This document shows positions 8,271 through 11,555 of a stretch of DNA of 11,555 nt, piece after piece. The notes under the pieces were generated by a model that was not told where the DNA came from, did not search any database, and saw only the letters and a program-made list of their open reading frames with translations. The DNA comes from Tubiluchus corallicola (taxonomy: Eukaryota; Animalia; Priapulida): the NCBI GenBank assembly GCA_030141605.1, contig JAQGDQ010002176.1:1-11555 (forward strand), in the 5' to 3' direction. The translations under genes were made by a program, and so were the position numbers. Position 1 is the stretch's first letter; each line of letters opens with the position of its first letter.

Positions 8271-8517
8271 GTATGATTTCTCATTTTTAAAACAAATTCT
8301 TTTAGTTTAAAAACAAATGCGTAATCTATCAACGCCTGTATTGTGTGTACCGTCTTGCTGTTTTGTCTTCTCTAAAGAAAAATTATAATAAAAAATAAAT
8401 ATCTCTCCTGTTATATCACTGATCGTAATAAAACATAATATACAAAAATTGGCTAATCACTTTGGCCCATTGATTCTCATGTAGAAAGTCGTTGACGATC
8501 AGGACGAAAATTTCCAC

Positions 8518-9600
8518 TTAAGGGAAGTAATTTTTGCCAGAGGGTGATTTTGTGAGGAATTTTAGCCAAAAGAGGAACTCAAAACGAGGAAAAATGTATG
8601 CCCTGTGCCAATACATACACACGCTCTCTGTGCACGCAAGCCAGTGTAGTTCGCATCAAAGCACAAGAAAACCCTCCAGTTACATAAAGCTTAAAAAAAT
8701 TCGTCATGAAATTTACCACTTACGTACTGCTTTTTTTGCAAACAGGACTTGCGTCGGCAGTAACTCTATTTTGGCGATAAGTCATTTGAAACAAGTTTAG
8801 ATAACATTGTGTAAAGTTTGAGAAAATATTCACAACATTTGTAGCAGACATGTTACTAAATAAGTAAAATTTCAGATTACTGTATCTTGTCAATAAGATT
8901 AAAATTGCGTTTTTTGGTTAGTGAGTGGTGCACCCTGGCGGGTGAGCCAGCGACGTTTAGCCAATTAGTGAAAACTTTTTAAATAATTAATCATTTTCGT
9001 TTCTAGTTACAAAGTCTTTCAAGCAGGTAAGCGAAATGCTAAGTAAAATAACTTTACATGGAAAGTTTTTCGGGTCAAAATTTAACATTGCCTTTTGTTC
9101 CCATGGTTTACATTATGCGTATATGACGTCATGCACTGGCGCGAACGGAACGGTATTGCGGGACATTTAAAATGGAAACAAACAAAAAATTCTTTCAACG
9201 CGAGTACGAAATGCTGTAATTGCTATAAAGTAAAACAATTTTTAAGGCAATTTTTCTGAAACCTACTTCAGGTACCCCTTTTCTTGTCCTTTAATAAAAT
9301 TTGGAGGAAAATTATTTTACGTGCTGCCATGATTTCACTGCTACTTGTCAGGATTTTGATTTTTTTCAACTTTTTTTGGGTATTAAAGGAAAGGTTGTCT
9401 TCTAGGCTTAAATCAATGTTCGTGAAAAATGTTGGTAGGATCTACTAATAAAAGTATAATAAACGCTCGTTGTAATTAGCAAAATCATTTTGACGTCGCG
9501 ATCATTTCACGCTCGGGTGCTCCCATCTTGAATACCCATTCTTCCACCAATGACGTCATTGATCGACTGAAGAAAAGCAGGCACCGTCAGTTTCCATTAA
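8518..9600. mobile_element. Probable non-autonomous DNA transposon debris with TTAA-flanked (Kolobok/piggyBac-like) ends
   Basis: End-like motifs TTAAGGGAAG (8518), CTTGTCCTTTAA (9283-9294), TTAAAGGAAA (9383-9392) and TTTCCATTAA (9591-9600). Repeated TGACGTC at 9124, 9491 and 9551. TIR pairing is short and ambiguous. Confidence 0.35.
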
Positions 9601-10199
9601 AAGTAAGGAAAGTTTTTACATTATTAGAAAGTTGACTCTGTGATATTTTTGCATGAATATTGGGTAAGCTGCAAAAGCTTTGAATTAGTTTAAGCAGTTT
9701 CACATGCAACACGCTTTTGTAATGTTTGTGCTGTTGAAAATTATATGCCGACGACATTGGGTGGATTAGCATTTCAAAATTTTGCACAGATACGATTAAA
9801 AAGAATGCCCAAAATTACTAGAAAAAAGAAATTTCAAGGTTGAAGTATATAACGTGCCACGGGATGGAGTTCAATCCTGGAAGCATTGCAAATACATGGA
9901 ATCACTACTTAACACAGAGGATGATATCAAAAATAGGAAACAACGGCCAATGTAGGCCTACGGTTTTATCCAAAATAAATCAATGCTAACTAGCTAGAAA
10001 CAATCCCTCAAAAGAATGCTGCGACTGTTTCATGCATACGTAACTAGTATCTTCATGTACAACGGTAAAATGTGGGGCTTAACTGCAACTCGAGAAGCAG
10101 AAATAAATGTATTTCAGAGAGGCCTACTCAGAAAAATCTTAAAAATAAAATGGTCACATGTCATTTCAAACGAGCAGCTGTATAACAGAACCAAATAAG

Positions 10200-11025
10200 A
10201 ACATTGGAGCACTAAAATCAGAATCAGAAGATTAAGATGGGTAGAACATTTAATGAGATTACCAGAAACATCACCAGTAAGATCAGCATTAAACATTGGC
10301 GCACTAAAATCAGAATCAGAAGACTAAGATGGGTAAGACATTTAATGAGATTGCTAGAAACAACATCAGTAAGATTAGCATTAAACATTAGAGCACTAAA
10401 ATCAGAATCAGAAGACTAAGATGGGTAAGACATTTAATGAGATTGCCAGAAATAACGCCAGTAAGATCAGCATTAAACATTGGAGCACTAAAATCAGAGC
10501 CAGAAGATTAAGATGGGTAAGACATTTAATGAGATTGCCAGAAACAAACCAGTAAGATTAGCATTTAACATTGGAGCACTAAAATCAGAATCACAAGACT
10601 AAGATGGGTGGGACATTTAATGAGATTACCAGAAACAACACCAGTAAGATTAGCATTAAACATTGGAGCACTAAAATCAGAATCAGAAGACTAAGATGGG
10701 TGGGACATTTAATGAGATTAGCAGAAACAACACCAGTAAGATTAGCATTAAACATTGGAGCACTAAAATCAGAATCAGAAGACTAAGATGGGTAGGACAT
10801 TTAATGAGATTACCAGAAACAACATCAGTAAGATTAGCATTAAACATTGGAGCACTAAAGTCAGAATCAGAAGACTAAGATGTGTAGGACATTTAATGAG
10901 ATTACCAGAAACAACACCAGTAAGATTAGCATTAAACATTGGAGCACTAAAGTCAGAGCCAGAAGATTAAGATGGGTAGGTATTTAATGAGATTGCCAGA
11001 AACAACACCAGTAAGATTAGCATTT
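10200..11025 (+). repeat. Nine-copy 92-bp tandem array derived from LINE ORF2
   Basis: Units start at 10200, 10292, 10384, 10476, 10567, 10659, 10751, 10843 and 10935; units 4 and 9 are 91 bp. Each encodes HWSTKIRIRRLRWVGHLMRLPETTPVRLAL or a close variant. Confidence 0.97.
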
Positions 11026-11505
11026 AATGAGGCACTAAAACCTACTAATACCTCCAGGCAAAACCCAAAACAACCCGGATAACAAGAATTAATAAAGATT
11101 TACAACAGCTGAAACCAAACCTAACAATAGCATCACAGGAATGGGAAATTTTAGCTGCAGGCAGCAAACAGTGGAGTGTTCTAATAAAGGATTTAAAACA
11201 AAATTAAAATCACAAATATTAACCAGATATGAAATACCATCACACCAGCACGACAACATACACACTAATTCAGAATTCATATATCCACGGCCATATTAAT
11301 TACATCATAATTTTTTCATTTTTTGTGCATAGTTGTAAATATGTTTGATTTTATTCGTCGTTACTTTCCATTACTGCACAGTAGTTTAGACTGCACTGAC
11401 GCATTTGCCTTTAGCAGTGTAAGTTTCTATTAACTAACACTGATTGATCATCTCTGTAAAGTTTTTATCAGTGATTATCAATGTATTTTAATGGCAAATA
11501 AAGAT

Positions 11506-11508
<3 letters not shown>

Positions 11509-11543
<35 letters not shown>
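11509..11543. repeat. (TA)17 microsatellite, probable LINE tail
   Basis: Perfect TA run 6 bp after AATAAA. Confidence 0.95.
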
Positions 11544-11547
<4 letters not shown>

Positions 11548-11555
11548 AATCATCC

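Larger units (their letters stand above)
9830..11543 (+). mobile_element. 5'-truncated, inactivated RTE-clade (RTE/RTEX-like) non-LTR retrotransposon: end of RT, C-terminal region, 3' UTR and tail
   Basis: One frame from 9830 reads ...SWKHCKYMESLLNTEDDIKNRKQ (KYLGS-like), LRLFHAYVTSIFMYNGKMWGLT, INVFQRGLLRKILKIKWSHVISNEQLY, IRIRRLRWVGHLMRLPETTPVRLAL. After the array and a frameshift it reads PKTTRITRINKDL...LAAGSKQW, stop at 11205-11207. Several in-frame stops. AATAAA at 11497-11502 is followed by (TA)n. No TSD identified. Confidence 0.88.

Noticed and set aside
7982-8332. 116-aa ORF with TILYY/TIPYH/TTPHH repeats
   Set aside because: It is the translation of the pentanucleotide microsatellite.
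8534-9787. ORFs 8534-8800 and 9587-9787 as transposase fragments
   Set aside because: No DDE, THAP or zinc-finger motifs are recognisable, and the starts are non-ATG.
10200-11025. CRISPR-like array or repeat-protein genes (four 60-aa ORFs)
   Set aside because: Units are contiguous with no unique spacers and no cas genes. The ORFs are frame-crossing artefacts of a 92-bp LINE-derived unit.

Overview
AT-rich eukaryotic genomic DNA, most likely from an invertebrate animal; no prokaryotic operon, CRISPR array or rRNA/tRNA gene is visible. The best-supported gene is missing from the ORF track: two phase-compatible minus-strand coding exons (2916-2795 and 970-804) encode the N-terminus of a type II single-pass membrane protein that continues past the left edge of the window. 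The rest is mostly repeats: a 45/55-bp minisatellite, a nested cluster of non-autonomous hAT-type elements (one with a perfect 8-bp TSD), an L2-like 3' tail with a trinucleotide microsatellite, a compound pentanucleotide microsatellite, TTAA-bounded DNA-transposon debris, and a 5'-truncated RTE-clade LINE in which 92 bp of ORF2 has been amplified into a 9-copy array. Several degenerate minus-strand frames resemble CARD and STAND/NLR fragments by eye only and are speculative. I found no convincing novel biological system.
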